A stretch of 64,000 bases of DNA from Laetmonice hystrix (Eukaryota), in NCBI GenBank assembly GCA_965235115.1, contig OZ249436.1, positions 35,404,001 to 35,468,000 of the forward strand. Reading direction: 5' to 3'. Within the stretch, counting starts at the first letter, position 1; each line of letters opens with the position of its first letter. Shown here piece by piece: positions 62,800 through 64,000 of this stretch. The position numbers and the translations under genes are program-made. Under the pieces are notes generated by a model that saw nothing but the letters and a program-made list of their open reading frames with translations, was not told where the DNA came from and searched no databases.

Positions 62800-64000
62800 G
62801 GTGTTGTTGTGGATGTTTGAGATGTTGATTGGGATGTCGTGGGTGCTTTTGTCGTTGGGCTCACTGTAACTGGTTGCGTAGATGTCGTTGAGAGGGACGG
62901 CATTGGAGTGACAATAACCACTGGAGACGTACTGCTAATGGTTGTAGATTTGGCGCTTGTTGATTGTAAGGTACTTGACGGTAGGGGGTTATGGGTGAGC
63001 GTTGGCGCCGTACGCAGGGATGTTGTCGTGTCTCTAACTGAATAATCAATGGTTGGTGGGGCAGCCAGTGTTGTTTTATCGAGTATGTCATGTGGATGTG
63101 TTCCTGAGGTTGTTGTCACAGACGCTGGAGTAAGATATGTTGTCTGGTCGCCGGAAGGACCTGAAGCCCCGCTAGAAAGCCAATACGGGTCCATTCGGGT
63201 AGTCTCACCGACTGGGGTAAACACATGGTACGAGGTAAGGCTATCAAGAGTATCTCCTGAACTGTCGTAGTCGGTGGAGATCCAAGAGTCACCACTCCAC
63301 GCTCCAGAAGTGTCCCATGACATATCGGACATGACGTCACTATCAGGGTACGCACTGGTAGGTATATGTGACAGGGTGTCACTTGTCACCCAAGAACTTC
63401 CCTGACTGGTTTCCCCTGGAACTTGACGTTTATAGCGTTGATGACTCTCTGGTGGTCCCTCCATATTTTCTGGTGTTCCATTTAGTGGTCCTTCTGGTGT
63501 TCCATGCGGTGGTCCCTCTGGTCGTCCATCTAGTGGTCCCTGATCTGGTGGTCCATGCGGTGGTCCCTCTGGTGGTCCATCGTGTCGTCTATCTGGTGGT
63601 CCATCTGGTCGGCCGTCCGATGGCCTCCGTCTAGGATGACCATGTGGAGGGTGATTGTGGTCCAATCCGTCGTGGCCCCTATGGTAGTCGGCACCACGGT
63701 CGGGATCCCCATGGTAGTCGGCACCACGGTCGGGATACCCATGGTAGTCGGCGCCACGGTCGGGATCCCCATGGTAGTCGGCGCCATCGCCGGGGCTGCC
63801 GTGGCCGTGACCGCCGTGACCGGCACCGCCGTGGTCGTGGCCGGGACCGCCGTGGCCGGGACCGCCGTGGTCGTGGCCGGGACCGCCGTGGCCGGGACCG
63901 TCGTGGCCGTGGTCCCCATGGCCGTGGTCCCCATGGCCGTGATCGTTGGGCGGCGGTGAAAGGAAACGTTTCATGTCGGAATCGTCACACATGCCCATAG
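60957..64000 (-). CDS. DEG/ENaC (ASIC-family) sodium channel, last two exons; 5' part outside window
   Basis: Last exon 61179-60957: NNIIAMDLYYPELSFEKITQQVSFTSVSLLSEVGGFLGLLLGASVLTVCEIVDF (pre-TM2 strands, TM2, GAS filter). The upstream open exon (>64000-61432) joins in phase (CT|GTAAGT ... TAG|G gives Leu). Confidence 0.88.
62761..62810 (-). repeat. Coding (ACA)n microsatellite encoding poly-Thr
   Basis: (GTT)13 on the + strand inside the 856-aa ORF. Confidence 0.9.
63681..63786 (-). repeat. Coding 30-bp repeat (GADYHGDPDR x4)
   Basis: ATGGTAGTCGGC recurs at 63681, 63711, 63741 and 63771 on the + strand. Confidence 0.9.

Noticed and set aside
63530..64000. Overlapping ORFs in other frames (TAVPA and RGRDR repeats)
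   Set aside because: Alternative frames of the GC-rich His/Gly coding repeats; only the 856-aa frame stays open to the splice donor.

Overview
Intron-rich animal genomic DNA, probably a marine invertebrate (species cannot be determined from sequence). Gene models were assembled by hand from GT-AG junctions with consistent phases. Left to right: three tandem GH18 chitinase genes (+; the first runs off the window), WDR41 (-), a transposon/MITE-rich gap, a 4-exon FABP-family gene (-), an effector caspase-3/7-like gene (+), a RADIL-like gene (+) and the 3' part of a DEG/ENaC channel gene (-). The most striking structure is a pair of tandem arrays built from splice junctions. In the caspase, a 76-bp unit made of the 3' splice site plus the first codons of the catalytic-Cys exon is repeated to give 19 acceptors, only the last productive. 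In WDR41, a 50-bp unit made of an exon end plus the 5' splice site gives 9 donors, only the first productive. Also notable: a >850-aa His/Gly/Pro-rich, mucin-like and helical segment spliced into the DEG/ENaC ectodomain, a chitinase paralogue with a GPI-like tail, and a RADIL carrying an extra afadin-like RA domain. Family assignments rest on recalled motifs, not database searches; 5' ends are tentative.
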